Source: Eledone cirrhosa
Taxonomy: Eukaryota
Length of the DNA stretch: 64,000 nt
Assembly: GCA_964016885.1 (NCBI GenBank)
Contig: OZ024752.1
Location: 39,680,001 to 39,744,000, forward strand
Direction: 5' to 3'
In this document: piece after piece, positions 1 through 15,170 of the stretch
Layout of the letters: every line of letters begins with the position of its first letter
Position numbering within the stretch: position 1 is the first letter of the stretch
Notes under the pieces: model-generated
The model's database searches: none
Seen by the model: only the letters and a program-made list of their open reading frames with translations
What the model was told of the DNA's origin: nothing
Program-made: the position numbers and the translations under genes

Positions 1-178
1 TATATATGTATATATATATATACACATATGTATATATATATATATACACATGTATGTATATATATATCTGTATGTATATATATATGTATATGTATGTATA
101 TATATATATATCTATATATATATATGTATATGTATGTATATATGTATATGTATATGTATGTATATGTATATATATATG

Positions 179-231
<53 letters not shown>

Positions 232-787
232 TCATCATCATCATCTTCGTTTAACGTCGATTTTCCATGCTAGCATATATATATATATTTAATATAGAAA
301 TGGCTTTTACAGGACTAGAACTGTTTCATTCAAAGGAAATTATCAGGAAAGGTAACTGTCATTGTGATATGGTGGTATTTTATACCTTTTCTGGGGGTAG
401 GGGAAGGTGGTGATTAGGATGGGTGCAGGTCATTTGCCGATGGATTTAAAGAATGGGGATTCTTCTTCTGTAAGTATAATTTTTTCAACGAATCCCTATT
501 CTTTAAATCCATTGGCCAATGACCTCCACACATCCCAATCACCAACTTTCTCTACCTCCAGAAAAGTTAAAAAATATCAGCAATTCTATCTTGGCATATT
601 AAGATACTGAGCTTCAAGCAAATAATATTTGTTGAATTTCAGAGTTTAAAATGTAAATGTTTTTTTTATATATATAAAAGCTGGAATTAGTTATATTCTT
701 ATATTTATTATGTAAATTTTCTAAAATAAATGCATGTTCTCTTCATATTTGTAATTGTTCCATTTTCTCACTAAATTCCATTCTCAG

Positions 788-913
788 TTTAATATTATTA
801 AATATTCCATAATTGGAGACGATCGTGCTGGAGACTATTTCAGAATTAATCAGAATACTGGATTGATACAAACAAACAATCTTCTAAATGCTGTTGACAC
901 AGATCCATTTGTG
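788..913 (+). CDS. Cadherin exon 1 in window ([12 protein letters not shown]...TDPFV)
   Basis: ctcag acceptor, gtaagt donor, 126 nt, [14 protein letters not shown]. Confidence 0.85.
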
Positions 914-3900
914 GTAAGTGTTTTGTTTTTATTCATTTCTTTTTTTTTTGTTTTCTAAATCATGCTTCGTTGGAAATGTAATGTAGGATATCTTGTGAGT
1001 TATCTGAATATTTAATTGAATCATCATTATCACAGCATCATCATCATCATCATCATCATCATCATTTAACATCTGCTTCCCCTGCTAGCAAGGGTTGGAC
1101 GTGTCTGCATAGTACTGAAGTGGATCTAATGACCTCCCAGACAGGTTGAGGGGTCTGTATCCGACTTATATACAATCATATTGCATGCAGAGGTGAAGTT
1201 ATGTCTTTCGACACAAACTGAAAGGTCCTCTTAACCCATTGTTTGGCAAGCGTTCTAGGGCTGAATGCCTGTTCTATCCCCTTATGATTGTGAGCTCAAT
1301 GCTCTAATCACTAAGACACCACACACATTCACATATATATATATATATCATACAATATATATAGCATGGATAATAAATGTATTATTTAAGGATATATATA
1401 TAGAGAGAAATATTTGTATATATATGTGTATATATATATATGTGTATATATATATATGTGTATATATATATATGTGTATATATATATGTGTATATATATG
1501 TGTGTATATATATATATGTATATATATATATGTGTATATATATATGTGTGTATATATATATGTGTGTATATATATATATGTGTATATTATATATATGTGT
1601 ATATATATATGTGTATATATATATGTGTATATATATATATATTTAAAGGTTAACCAAGTCTAATTTAAGTCTAATTATAAGGCCTTTTGATGCTTTAAGG
1701 CATTCTAATTGTTAATCTGAAATTTTTTAAATTATATCTTCAATATAATATAAATAATTATAATAAAATTATTAAGACTTACCTTCGAGAGGATGAAAAA
1801 TAGCATGTTTTCTCTCTCATGTTTGCAAATAGTTTAAATATGAATTCATAAAATATGATTTTATAAATTAAATATGATAGTATACTTTAATAGTAATATT
1901 AATAAACTTTTAGAGCCTGAAATATTATACACTTTAATTAATTCATTACTCTGAACTAACTTAAATGATTTGAAAGTTAACGGTCAACCGGACACATTTG
2001 GATAGTATATATAACTAATTAACTGAGGAAATTAACCTTTATTGATTACACCCAGTTATATTTAGGATTTAGATTGATGAATATTTCTAGATAATTCAAT
2101 AATTCAATGATTCGAGTTTACTCTATCGCATAGCTATGCCCAATTGTATAGTTTTGTATGGATATATATCATACATAACTATACATCCCTCCCTATAATT
2201 ATAATTATAATTATTCCTCTTTGTCTCCCTTTCCTTGATCAATTCTCCGTTGCTCTCTATACCTCTTCTAGCTATATTTTCCCCTCATATGTTTTCTCTC
2301 TGTCTTTTTTCTTTCCTCTTTCTTCAATAATTATTTGAATCTCTAACAGTTATGTAAATTGCTGTTATGTATTTTTAAGCTTCCTTACACGCACCCTCTG
2401 TACTATATGTATTATATGTAAGTTTTTTCATGTATCAATCTTAAGGTATATAAATATTGAGTTTTGTCATATCTTACTCACTACCATGACTGAATCTTAA
2501 CCATCTACTATGTCAGGGAATGTCATGCATCATCTTATTTTATCTGATGAGGGCGTACTGTTGAAGTTAGCTCAGTACCTCTGAAATATGTATAATAAAA
2601 TATACTTGATCACAATGAAGTTCTATTTTTGTTAATATTTTGAACGAATCATCATCATTTCATTTTACGTCCACTTTTCCTAGCTTGCAAGGGTGGGACG
2701 GGAACTGATTCTGGCTTGATTTATGTAAATGTAGCCTTTTTTTTTTAAATTTCAGATTCGTGTTTTAGCTAAAGACAATGGTAACCCAGTTCGTACTGCA
2801 ACAGCCATTGTTAAAGTGAATGTTGGTCGCAATTTGAATTCTCCAGTATGGAGTTCAGTGACTTCAAATATAAACATTGGCGAAGATGAGCAAGGAAACA
2901 GCATTCTAAAAACAGTGAAAGCTACTGACGCAGATAAATGGGTAAGTAACATTGTTAAAACACCACAATACCACTAAAGAAAGTCTTGCATATGTATGTT
3001 TGCCTCTACTTGTCTATTCTATACAATGGATCCAGATACTAAGATGTTTAAGTGTAAAAAAAAAAATGTTCTTTCTATTTATTTGACTAAATATTAAATT
3101 CATTAATTTTATCCTAGAAATATATTTGAGTATTTTAAGATAAAATTTTTGTATGCTTATTTATACATTTGTCTTATTAAGTCATCTAATTACTTCTGGT
3201 GAATATATGTTTAGTGAGTAAAATGAATTTAGAGAGTCATTACATCTATTAGCTACAATCAAATTTTCTATACATCTGCCATGTAGATATATAGAATCTT
3301 TATACCATTAACCCTTTAACATTTACATTACTCTATATTTACTATTATATTTTGCCGGTAAAGGCTTTACCCCATATAATTATCTCATATAATATCGAAA
3401 CTATGAGATTTTGATGTTATTTATTTTGAGAACAATACCTTAATGTATGTATGAACAGCTGGTTACAGCTGGTTTGAACAAAAAGAGGTGAGAGAGTTTT
3501 GGCTGGATACAGACAGTTTAAATGCTAAAGGGTTAAACTGAGTTTTAGGGTAGTGAACCTTGACAAAACATTCAAGAACAAGTTAGATACATTTCATTAA
3601 CTCTTTTGATACCAACTCAACCAACAAAACTGTTTCTGTTTCTATGAAATAAAACCACCTATTTTAAAAGGCTCCTACTTAAATTAAGTCCTTTCATCAT
3701 AATTTTATATAAAAAAAAACATTTTGTTATGTTATCATCTTAATTAAGTTATTTCAGTATATCCATCCTAAATTCTTCATTAATTTATTAACATACTACT
3801 ATTTTATTTTTCTTAATTCTCCATGTCAATTTTTTATGCTCCATCACTCTCATTACTTTTTTTCTTCTCTCTTTCTCTTTATACCTCTACCATTTGCCAT

Positions 3901-4417
3901 CATATACTTTATACTCTGTTCCCTTCTTCTTCTTCTTCTTCTTCTTCTTCTTCTTCTTCTTCTTCTTCTTCTTCTTCTTCTTCTTCTTCTTCTTCTTCTT
4001 CTTCCATTTATAAGAGGTTATATTTTAACCCAACTAATAATAGTTGTTTCTACTTTTGGCACAAGGCCAGCAATTATCCCAATGCATTACTGGTACTTTA
4101 TTTTATTGACCCCTAATAGTATCTGGCTGTTTTACAGATATTTCTGCATTTGAGATTCCTACAATTTTACAAAAAATTTTAAACACTCATCACTCCAATT
4201 TATTTCCTATCATGTTTAGATTAACATACAAAGTATTTCATTAAAGTACCAGTAATACACTGGGTGATTTGCTGGCCTTGTGCCTAAACTAGAAACAATT
4301 ATATTATGGCAACAAAAGTGTTAAACATAAAATGAAACTGATGTAAAAAAAAGGATTCTTTTATAACAAGAAAAATGTTATTTGTCATTTATTGTTTTCC
4401 TCCTCCTCCTCCTCATC

Positions 4418-4451
<34 letters not shown>

Positions 4452-5110
4452 ATCATAATCATCATCAATCATCATCATCATCATCCATCATCCATCAACC
4501 ATCAACCATCATCATCAATCATCATCCATCAACCATCATCATCAATCATCATCATCATCATCATCATCATCAATCATAATCATCATCATCATCATCATCC
4601 ATCATCACCAATCATAATCATCATCATCATCCATCATCCATCATCCATCATCCATCATCATCATCATCAACCATCATCATCAATCATCATCATCATCAAT
4701 CATAATCATCATCATCATCAACCATCATCATCAATCATAATCATCATCAATCATCATCATCATCAATCATAATCATCATCATCATCATCATCATCATCCA
4801 TCATCCATCAACCATCAACCATCAATCATCAATCATCAACCATCATCATCAATCATAATCATCATCAATCATCCATCATCATCAATCATCATCATCAATC
4901 ATCATCATCAATCATCATCATCATCATCATCATCATCCATCATCCATCATCATCATCATCATCATCCATCATCCATCATCCATCATCATCATCATCATCA
5001 ATCATCATCATCAATCATCATCATCATCAATCATCCATCATCATCAATCATCATCATCATCATCATCATCATCCATCATCCATCATCATCATCAATCATC
5101 ATCAATCATC

Positions 5111-5149
<39 letters not shown>

Positions 5150-6426
5150 TCATCCATCATCATCATCATCATCAATCATCATCATCAATCATCATCATCA
5201 TCAATCATCCATCATCATCCATCATCATCAATCATCATCATCATCAATCATCATCAATCATCAATCATCATCATCAATCATCCATCATCATCAATCATCA
5301 TCATCAATCATCATCATCAATCATCAATCATTATCCACCATCAACCATCAACCATCAATCATCAATCACCAATCACCAATCACCAATCACCAATCATCAT
5401 CATCATCAACATCATCGTTAACATTATTATTATTTTTTTTAAATCCGCTTTTCCATACCTACATTTTATTTGCAGGCACCAAATAATGTAGTATCGTATA
5501 AAATTGTTAGTGATGCTAATGCTATGAAGTATTTTACTATTTCCTCTGATGGAAACATTTACTTGAAAAGATCTTTGTTGGGAGACTCAAATACGAGATT
5601 TCAGGTATGAATAACACTCATCAATCATATTATATGTGTGAAGGCGTGTGGCTGAGTGGTTAGAGAATTGGATTCACAATCTTGAGGTTGTGAGTTCAAT
5701 TCCTGGACCGGGCGATGCGTTATGTCCTTGAGCAAGACACTTTATTTCACGTTGTTCCTTCTACCTGGAGTTGCGACCGATAGATAGTATTAGCAACTGG
5801 AAAGACCAATGGAAACATTGTTTCCTCGGTCCGATTTGACGAAAGTCGATCGATTAAAAAAAAAAATCATATATCAAACAGTATATCAAATTAATTTGGA
5901 TTTTCTTAACTTTCTCATTTTAAAGTCTGTCTCGAGCCCAGCTCCTCATCAGGCATTAAGGGACTGAGAATACAAGACTTCCCCCTGGACAAGATGCCAA
6001 TCCATCACAGGGTTAAAGTCTGTCTCAAGCCCAGAGGCTTTTCAGGCTAGAGGTTATCCCAGTTTCTGGAGCATTAAGTGACTGAGAATACAAGACTTCC
6101 CCCTGGACAGGATGCAGTCCATCACAGGGTTAAAGTCTGTCTCAAGCCCAGAGGCTTTTCAGGCTAGAGGTTATCCCAGTTTCTGGAGCATTAAGTGACT
6201 GAGGGTACAATGCTTTCCCCTGACATAGTTAAACCGCCCTCAATTATTACTGGTACTCATTTTCAGCTGAATATACTGCAGCAACGTGAAATGGAGTGTT
6301 CTGCTCACGAACACAACACACAACCCAGTCCAGAAATCAAACCCACAACATTATGATCAACACCCTTACCACTAAGCCACTTGCCTCCACAAACTCTCTA
6401 TTAGCAATTTTTTCCCCATATATATA

Positions 6427-6461
<35 letters not shown>

Positions 6462-9136
6462 GGAAAGTTATATTTAAATTGTTGGGTTAACAACGAGTAA
6501 ATATTTATAACTGATATAAAAGCACTCAACAAGTATTTGGAGTATATTTATGATATTAAATAAATGGAAACTATATTTATAAAACCATATTTATTTCGTT
6601 ATATATATTTCAGGGATATCATATTAACAATATGTTATGCCTTCTTCAGACAAAATACAATATAAACAGTCTTATAAATAAATAGATACGACATACCTTT
6701 CAATCACCTTGCATTTGGGAGGTTGATTTGGCAGTAAAAAATATTGTGGACAGTTGTAAAAAGAAAGAGATAAAGAGAGAAAGAAAGAGAAACGAAGAAA
6801 AAGAAGAAATGCATGTGACTAAATAGAGAGATATAGAAAGATAGATAAAGAGAAGAACTTCATGTAAAGAAACAGAGAGAAATATATATAGAGAGAGGAA
6901 AAAAGAAAGAGATAGATAGAGATAGATAGAGAAAGTAGGAAGTTGAGTATCGGTTGATACATTTATTTATTTATTTATTTATTTATTTAGCTCTAGTATT
7001 AATGTAAAGAGAGATGTATGTAGTTAAGAGAGAAAATAGCCGTTATATAGAGAGAAAAAAGAGAAAATGAAAAAGAGAAAATGAAACATAACCAGACATA
7101 AACGAGGCAGAATTTAAAACCGCTATGTTTTATCCCGTAGAAAATATTAGTTCGTATAAAACAGGCACTATAATGTAAATACCAGTATTCATGAATGAGA
7201 CATGTATCTATAATGTGTGAAAAGTAATGATCTTATGTCTAGTTTTTAAAAATTCATATGTTTATATCATAATTATAAACAAACTCCCAATTCACACGAA
7301 AACATTCTCATTGTGCTATAAAAATTCAAGTATACATATATGTGTGTATATATACACATATATATAGAGTCTATATTAATTTTAACAATACTATTCTTGT
7401 CTTTATTCTACATGATTGTCGATCAAGCAGAAATAGAGAACAGATTTCAATATATTAATAAAAATAAAAATAAAAATAAAAATAAAAATAAAAATATCAG
7501 AGACAAGAAAATAAATAAATAAACAGAAAACTAAAACATTTAATATTAAAAATAAAAAATATAAAAAAATATTAAAAAATATTAAAAAATAATACAAATA
7601 AAACACAGAGATCAGCCTTTCAAAGTTAATTGACAATATATTGCCAAGATCATCATAAGCATCAGAGTCGAAACAGATAAAACAAAAATTGTTTACCAAA
7701 TCCTGTCTAGCAGAATTCATTCCAAAAGTTTAGGATACCCATTTGGTCTACATATGTTCTTATATTTAATATAGAAGTTTATCTAGTTTAAAATTTAATT
7801 CGATATATTTGGAGCATCAGCTTTTAGGGTAGTTTAATTATTCATGAAGAATGTTTTAATAAAAAGAATGTTTTAATAAAAAGAAGAAATCGAAAGATTT
7901 ATCGGCTAGTTTCATAAATAATTACAAATCAAATCAAACATAACTACATTTTAAATTTAAATTTATATTTAAACGTTGAGTTCAATCTATGTCTGCAGCA
8001 ACTGAATAAATTTGTCCGTAGTTTAAGGGAATTTTTAGATTTTAGTATAAAGAATATCTCCTCCGCACAGAGGTCACATGTCTCAGAGGATGAATTAAAA
8101 GGAATCCCCATTGAAACTATATTCCAAGTCGTCGAATATCTAACGTTATCATGCCTAAGTTGCCAGAGTACGCATGATAGTGCTGTTGAAGATTTTTTGG
8201 ATGGATCTGTGAAAGAATTCTTGTGGTTGTTATAGCGAAGTTTAAATTCCGTCGATGTAGAACCAACGTAGTTAAAAGAATTAACGTCCGTTTTAACATT
8301 ACAGTTGTATATTATATTTTTAACTAAGCAGTTGTTATTTAACGGACATTTAGATCTATCTCTACAGTTACATTTGTTAACTTGGATATTATTTATGCTA
8401 TTATCGCTAGGTTTTAAGTTCCTGTTATTTATTCTATTAATATTTTGCGCTAAATTTTTGGTGGATGAGTAGGTTAGTTTTATTGTATGTCTATTGAAAA
8501 TTGAGTGATACCTATGTGTTCTAGGGAAGCGATTATCGAGAGCTTTAAAAAATAGTTTAGCAATGTGGGTTTTAATGTTTAGTGAGAAAGGGGGGGGGGG
8601 GGGGCAAACCATATTATATTCCTAGTTCTATTTCTTTTATGGCTTTTGGAATTATTGTAATGCTTTCTATTATAGTTGTTATGGTTGTGGCCATAATTAA
8701 AATAGTTGTTATTTTGTTTAATTTGTTTATCATTATCTATGTACATAATTTTATCACTATATCCTGCTCTAGCTAACGCTTCATTGTAATATCTATTTAT
8801 TTATAAGACTGTTTATATTGTATTTTGTCTGAAGAAGGCATAACATATTGTTAATATGATATCCCTGAAATATATATAACGAAATAAATATGGTTTTATA
8901 AATATAGTTTCCATTTATTTAATATCATATATATATATATATATATTTCTATATATATTTAATACAATAACAGAGAAAGCTTTAAGCTAAACTCTGACTG
9001 GTAACCATCTCACTCAACAAACATTAGGATATACCTTAGTATAATCACAATTTAGTGTTTGGGGTCCTAACTATATGTATTTTGTGGAAAGCCAGTTGTA
9101 TTATTTTATATGAGATATAATTAAAATTAAAATATA

Positions 9137-9209
<73 letters not shown>

Positions 9210-9964
9210 ATATGTGTGTGTGTGTATATAGGTGTGTGAGTGTATATATATATATATATATATGGTGTGTGTGTGTATATCTGTGTGTGTGTGTATGTGT
9301 GCGTGTGTATGTGTGTGTATGTGTGTATATATACATACATGTGTGTGTATACTCATATGCAGATATTTTTAGAAACCTATATTTGTGTCCTTTGTAAAGT
9401 AGTTCTATATTTATTTGTTATATTTTCTTTTCTAGTTATCATTACAAGCTTTTGATCTGGGCAACCCATCAAGAACTACAAGTAACAATTTGATAATTAA
9501 TGTGAATGTACAAAGAAATATGTACACTCCTGCATTTAGTCAATCAGTCTACACCAAAACGATTTCTGAGAATTTAATTCCAGGAAATGGGGTTATCACT
9601 GTCCAAGCAGTAGACTCTGTAAGTATAAATTTTAATCTCTTGCGTCAAGAATTATCGTCCTCCACCTCCCTCTTATTAATTTAACAAATTTTTTCCACAC
9701 CCTCCCATTTATTCCCTCCCCCGGTCTTACCCCCCCCCCCCCCCACACACACTTATTAAGTTTTGTTAATCTATCTCCAGAGAAATTTTATTTTAAGTGG
9801 TAGCATTCCTGTGACAATAAATTTTCTTTAAACATTAAAAAGCATTATACATGACAAAAAAGTACATTACTAGAAGTCACATGCATTATAAAATAAATAT
9901 GATGGGTCGGAGTCTCAATATGTAAACTAAATAACTAGTTCTGGTTTTTAAAAAATATCAAGTA

Positions 9965-10008
<44 letters not shown>

Positions 10009-10219
10009 AAGGAATTGTGGTAAGGAACCAGATGGACCATAACGCACCAGAGTACTCAATACTTAGGGTAGTAGAGTGAGTGGGAAATAGGAAAAAGTAT
10101 GACCCCGACGGCAGAGCTCAAGCCGTTTCGACGGCTATTTCTGGACTAGTAGACTTGTAGTCCAGAAATACCCGTCGAAACGGCTTGAGCTCTGCCGTTG
10201 GGGGGGTCATACTTTTTCC

Positions 10220-10250
<31 letters not shown>

Positions 10251-11635
10251 CTAGTTAGACCATTATTCAACAGAGTACTCAATACTTTGTTAATAGTACG
10301 GAACTAGCCTTTGAAATGGCAAGAACTCAGTCATCAGGTCCTTAATCTTTCAAATATATATATATATATATCAGTAGCAAAGGGTAACCTGGAAAGCAGG
10401 GCATGCAGTCCAATCACCATGGTGGAAAGTGGGGCTGTGCAGCCTTACACCCCCCCCCCCCCATTCCCTCTAAATGACCCTCCCGGTCAAAGCCACATGT
10501 AGTGTTATCTAGTGTGCATGTGTGTGTGTGTGTTATCTTTTTATGTGTCTACGATTTAGTAAGCAGTCAAAATTCTGCTTGCCCCAAAGCTGTCGTGTGT
10601 TTGTGTGTATGTGTTTGTGTGTATGTGTTTGTGTGTATGTGTTTGTGTGTATGTGTTTGTGTGTATGTGTTTGTGTGTATGTGTTTGTGTGTATGTGTGT
10701 GTGTGTGTGTTATCTTTTTTTGTGTCTATATGTTTTAGTAAGCAGTCAAAATTCTGCTTGCTTCAACCGATGCAATTGATCAACTCAAGATTCTATAACG
10801 TATGCACTGCATGCGTTGCATGCACGGACCCTTCGCCCCTGATATATACATATATATGAGAGAGTATTGAAGTTTGCTTGAAGCATTGTGGAATAATAAG
10901 TAAATATCTTTTAGTCGTTCGGAAGCCTCGACAATGCAAATGGGTAAATCTCCGAGTAACAAGATCCGGTGGTGGAGAGAGAGATGTAAGTGGGTGTACG
11001 TTGAGATGCGTGGTGTGTATAAGATGTGTAAGATGTGTAGAAGAATGAAGGGAAGAGTATAAAGGATAAAATAAAAATAACAACACAAGAGAGAGTTACC
11101 TTGGGAGAGATTTAATAGTCCCTATATATTTTGGATTCACATCCATCAACTGGGGTTTTTTTCCGGGGTGGGGGAAAAGGTTGTCTGTCGGACAGGTGCG
11201 AAACGCGTCCCCGGAAAAAAACCCCAGTTGATGGATGTGAATCCGAAATATATAGGGACTATTAAATCTCTCCCAAGGTAACTCTCTCTTGTGTTGTTAT
11301 TTTAATTTTATCTTTTATACTCTTCCCTTCATTCTTCTACACATCTTACACATTTTATACACACCACGCATCTCAACATACACCCACTTACATCTCTCTC
11401 TCCACCACCGGATCTTGTTACCCGGAGATTTACCCATTTGCATTGTTGAGGCTTCCAAACGACTTAAACATATATATATATATATATATAATGTGTGTGT
11501 ATGTGTGGGTGTGTGCATGTGTGTATATTTGTGTGTGCGCATATGTGGGTGGAATGTGTCTGTGGGTGGGTGGGTAGGTGCAGGTGTATGCATGAGTGTG
11601 TGTGTGCATGTATGTGTGTGTGTTTGCATGTGCAC

Positions 11636-11673
<38 letters not shown>

Positions 11674-14600
11674 ATGTGCATACAGGCTCATATGTGTGTG
11701 TTAGGGAATTTCCATATATCTGGTAACAAAAATGTTTTTCTTCTTCACCTACTTATTCCTAAGAAGATCGTGAGGGCAGAGTCCCCAAACGTTCCTTCCA
11801 GCAGGTCCTGTCAGAAGCAACCGTTTCCAACCACCTCACTCAGGGTTTACCTTTGCGTCTCTTGCCAGTTAGTTTTGCCTGTAAAAAATCTGTCCAGTGA
11901 TTATTTCTTGTGACATTCTAACCACATGCCCATAGTATCAGAGCCGTTCAATTATGAAAATATATAATACTTTTTCTACCAGACTATTGTAAATTGTTTG
12001 TCAATGTTATTGTGGTGGACCCTGGGAACTGGTCACTGAGGAACAACCTGAGACCAAGAAGAAGAAAAAGAATTGTTTGACATAAAAAGTGATATTAAAT
12101 TTCTTTATATGATTCCACTATATTATTATGATTTATTTTTACCAGGATACACAATATAACCAAATATCATACACTCTGATAGGAAGTGGATCAGGTCTTT
12201 CATTGTTCAATGTTAACAAACTTACAGGTGTAGTTTCACTGAAATCTACTGCTAACTTGAAAAACGAAATTGATTCTCAATATATAGTAAGCATTTTCTT
12301 TTAGTATCTTACTCTATTATCTCCTTTGTTCACTGTTTTTGTTATCCAGGTAGTTAGATAAGTCTTCAATTAAATGTTATATGAGAGTAAGGAATTTTGA
12401 TGCAAAGAGACAGATTGTTAAGTCCATGTGACTAATCTGGAGTGTATCATCTTTCATATCTTGTGGAAGGGATACATTCCCTTGACCAGGTTGTTGACTT
12501 GCTGTCAACATCTATCTAAAGAAAAAACAAACAACAATATGCAATGATTCATGACGCACAGATACACGGTGGTTGCGGTATCTGTAATCTACAGTCTTCA
12601 GACATTCTTAGACAGTGAGCATGTGTGGTCACCCTTTGCCAGGAATGACTTTCCACAGATCTTGTTTGGACAAAACTGTAGTTCTGCTTCAAGCAAAAAC
12701 CAAGAATGGACAATCAGCATATAGAATTTTGTCTAGTGCTCACAGCCGTCTATCTTATTGAGGAGCTTTGCTGGTTCAAGACAAACTCTATTTGCATTGT
12801 AGTATCAACATATAGGCCTTTCCTAGATGCATGCATAGTGATAAAACCAATTCTGCATGTAGCTGTTCAATGTCTGAGGTTTGCTGCTCTGTAGAGCTTT
12901 GCTAACCCTTTAGCATTTAAACCGGTCATATCTGGCCAGAATTCTCTCACCTCTTTCTGTTCAAACTGGCTGTAACCGGCTGCTCATACTGGCCAGAATT
13001 CTCTCACCTCTTTCTGTTCAAACTGGCTGTAACCGGCTGCTCATACTGGCCAGAATTCTCTCACCTCTTTCTGTTCAAACTGGCTGTAACCGGCTGCTCA
13101 TACTGGCCAGAATTCTCTCACCTCTTTCTGTTCAAACTGGCTGTAACCGGCTGCTCATACTGGCCAGAATTCTCTCACCTCTTTCTGTTCAAACTGGCTG
13201 TAACCGGCTGCTCATATCTGGCCAGAATTCTCTCACCTCTTTCTGTTCAAATTGGCTGTAACCAGCTGCTCATACTGATGTTAAGGTAATGTTCTCAAAA
13301 TAAATAATATCAAAATCTCATAGATTCGATATTGTGTGAGATAATTATGCGAAATAAAGTGTTTACTGTGAAAATATAATAGTAAATATAAAGTAATATA
13401 CATGCTAAAGGGTTAAACAGCTATTATCTTATTTGGGTTGGAAATGGTTTCAATTTTCATTTTATTGTTTATATATATATATATATATATATGTTTTATG
13501 TCTTTTTTTCTTTTCTTATATAAATAATAAAAATATTTACACGCACAAAACCCACATCGTAACCGTCCTGTTCCATCTGTGATGTTTTTCTTGATGTCAG
13601 CCCTTGTGGCCAATAAAGAAATCATTATTATTATTATTATTATTATTATTCTTTAAGTCTCAGTCATTGATGTTAGTTAACTGGAAAGTTTGTTGAAATG
13701 AATATCAAGCCACTACCTGCAGCCTCAGATATTCAGGACGTATCGGAGGGTTCTTGCTGTTCCCAGCAAGCATGCCTTTTGAAGCGTTCCAAAAAGCGTG
13801 GTGGGGCCAATTTTCTTTAACCATCCATGGAAACTTTTTGAGATAGTCCCTAGTGCGCCTATGACAATCGGGATCACTTTGACTTCATGGCAGTTCCAAA
13901 TCCTTTTTACCTCCCACTTTAAGTCCTGGTATCGGTTAATTTTCTCCCTCTCCTTCTCTTGCACTCTCGTGTCGAATATTATTATTATTATTATTATTAC
14001 AGTTGCATTTATCTTGCTTTATGTTCATACGAGTTATCACCAAGTCACAACCAGTGACCTCAAGAGACAACAAGGTCCGCCATGTTCAAGAAAGAACATA
14101 CATACTCACACATGCATCTTTAGTGTTTACACTTGTGATGTACTTATATTGACAGAATCTTCCTTAGTATATGGGCAGTTCCCATTAGTACTATCTTTTG
14201 TATTTCTCCTATACGCGGGTTTCCTGGGATTTGCGATAAGTAATCATTAGACCCCTTAGGTATCATTCCCAGAGCGCCTACAACCACTGGTATTGTTTTA
14301 GTTCTCAATTTCCACATTTTTCCAATTTCTACCTCCAGGTCCTTATACTTGCTCAATTTTTCAAATGTTTTTATAGATACATTCTTGTCTATTGGAACAG
14401 ACATATCAATTAGCAGGCATACCCTCTTTTTAAAGTCCTTCAATATTATATCAGGTCTATTTGCGTCTATTTTTCGGTCTGTTTGGATGCTAAAGTTCCA
14501 CAAGATTGAGATGTGATCTTTTTCAAGTATGGGAGGTGGTTGATGCTCCCACCAATTCTTTTGATGGAGCAGGTCAAAATGCTTACACATTATCCAATGT

Positions 14601-15109
14601 ATGTATTGTGCAGCTCTGTCATGCCTGTTTAGGTATTCGGTTGGAGCTATAGGACTGCACATTGAAATTATATGGTCAATGGTCTCTGGTTGTTTTTTGC
14701 ATACACGGCATAATGGGCTGCACCCATTATTTATTATGTTGGCTTGGTAATTTTTTGTTGGCAGACACTGATCTTGTGCTGATATAATCAGTCCTTCAGT
14801 CTCCGATTTCAGTCCAGAGGATGCCAACCACTGATGGGTTAAAGTTTTGTCAACATCAGGATTGTTAGCTTGCTCTGGGTATTTTCCATACAGAGGCTTT
14901 TCTTGCCATTTCTTAGTCAGTTTCTGTAGCAGTTCTTTCTTTGCAGTTACTTTTACCTGCTTTGCTTTTTCTGTGTTTTCCATTTCAGCAGTAAATGGGA
15001 CTTCTGAAATTTGTAGTCCATTACTGTATCTTTGTGCATCTTTTGTAATGGAATATGATCTTTTGATGCTTTCGTGTTTCAAAACTAGTTTGATCATCCA
15101 ATCATGTGA

Positions 15110-15170
<61 letters not shown>

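Larger units (their letters stand above)
6460..8929 (-). mobile_element. 5'-truncated Penelope-like retroelement: GIY-YIG endonuclease fragment plus inverted 140-bp pLTR copies, in (TA)n
   Basis: ORF 7944-8612(-) has CNCR..CPL..C, IIY..YVG..FKLRY..H, CDLC, CRH; 6549-6688 is the reverse complement of 8790-8929. Confidence 0.85.

Noticed and set aside
6-1663. Many YI/IY, VC, HT, poly-S/L/I/H ORFs here and throughout the ORF track
   Set aside because: They are translations of (TA)n, (TG)n, (CAT)n, (CTT)n and (ATT)n microsatellites and show no coding features
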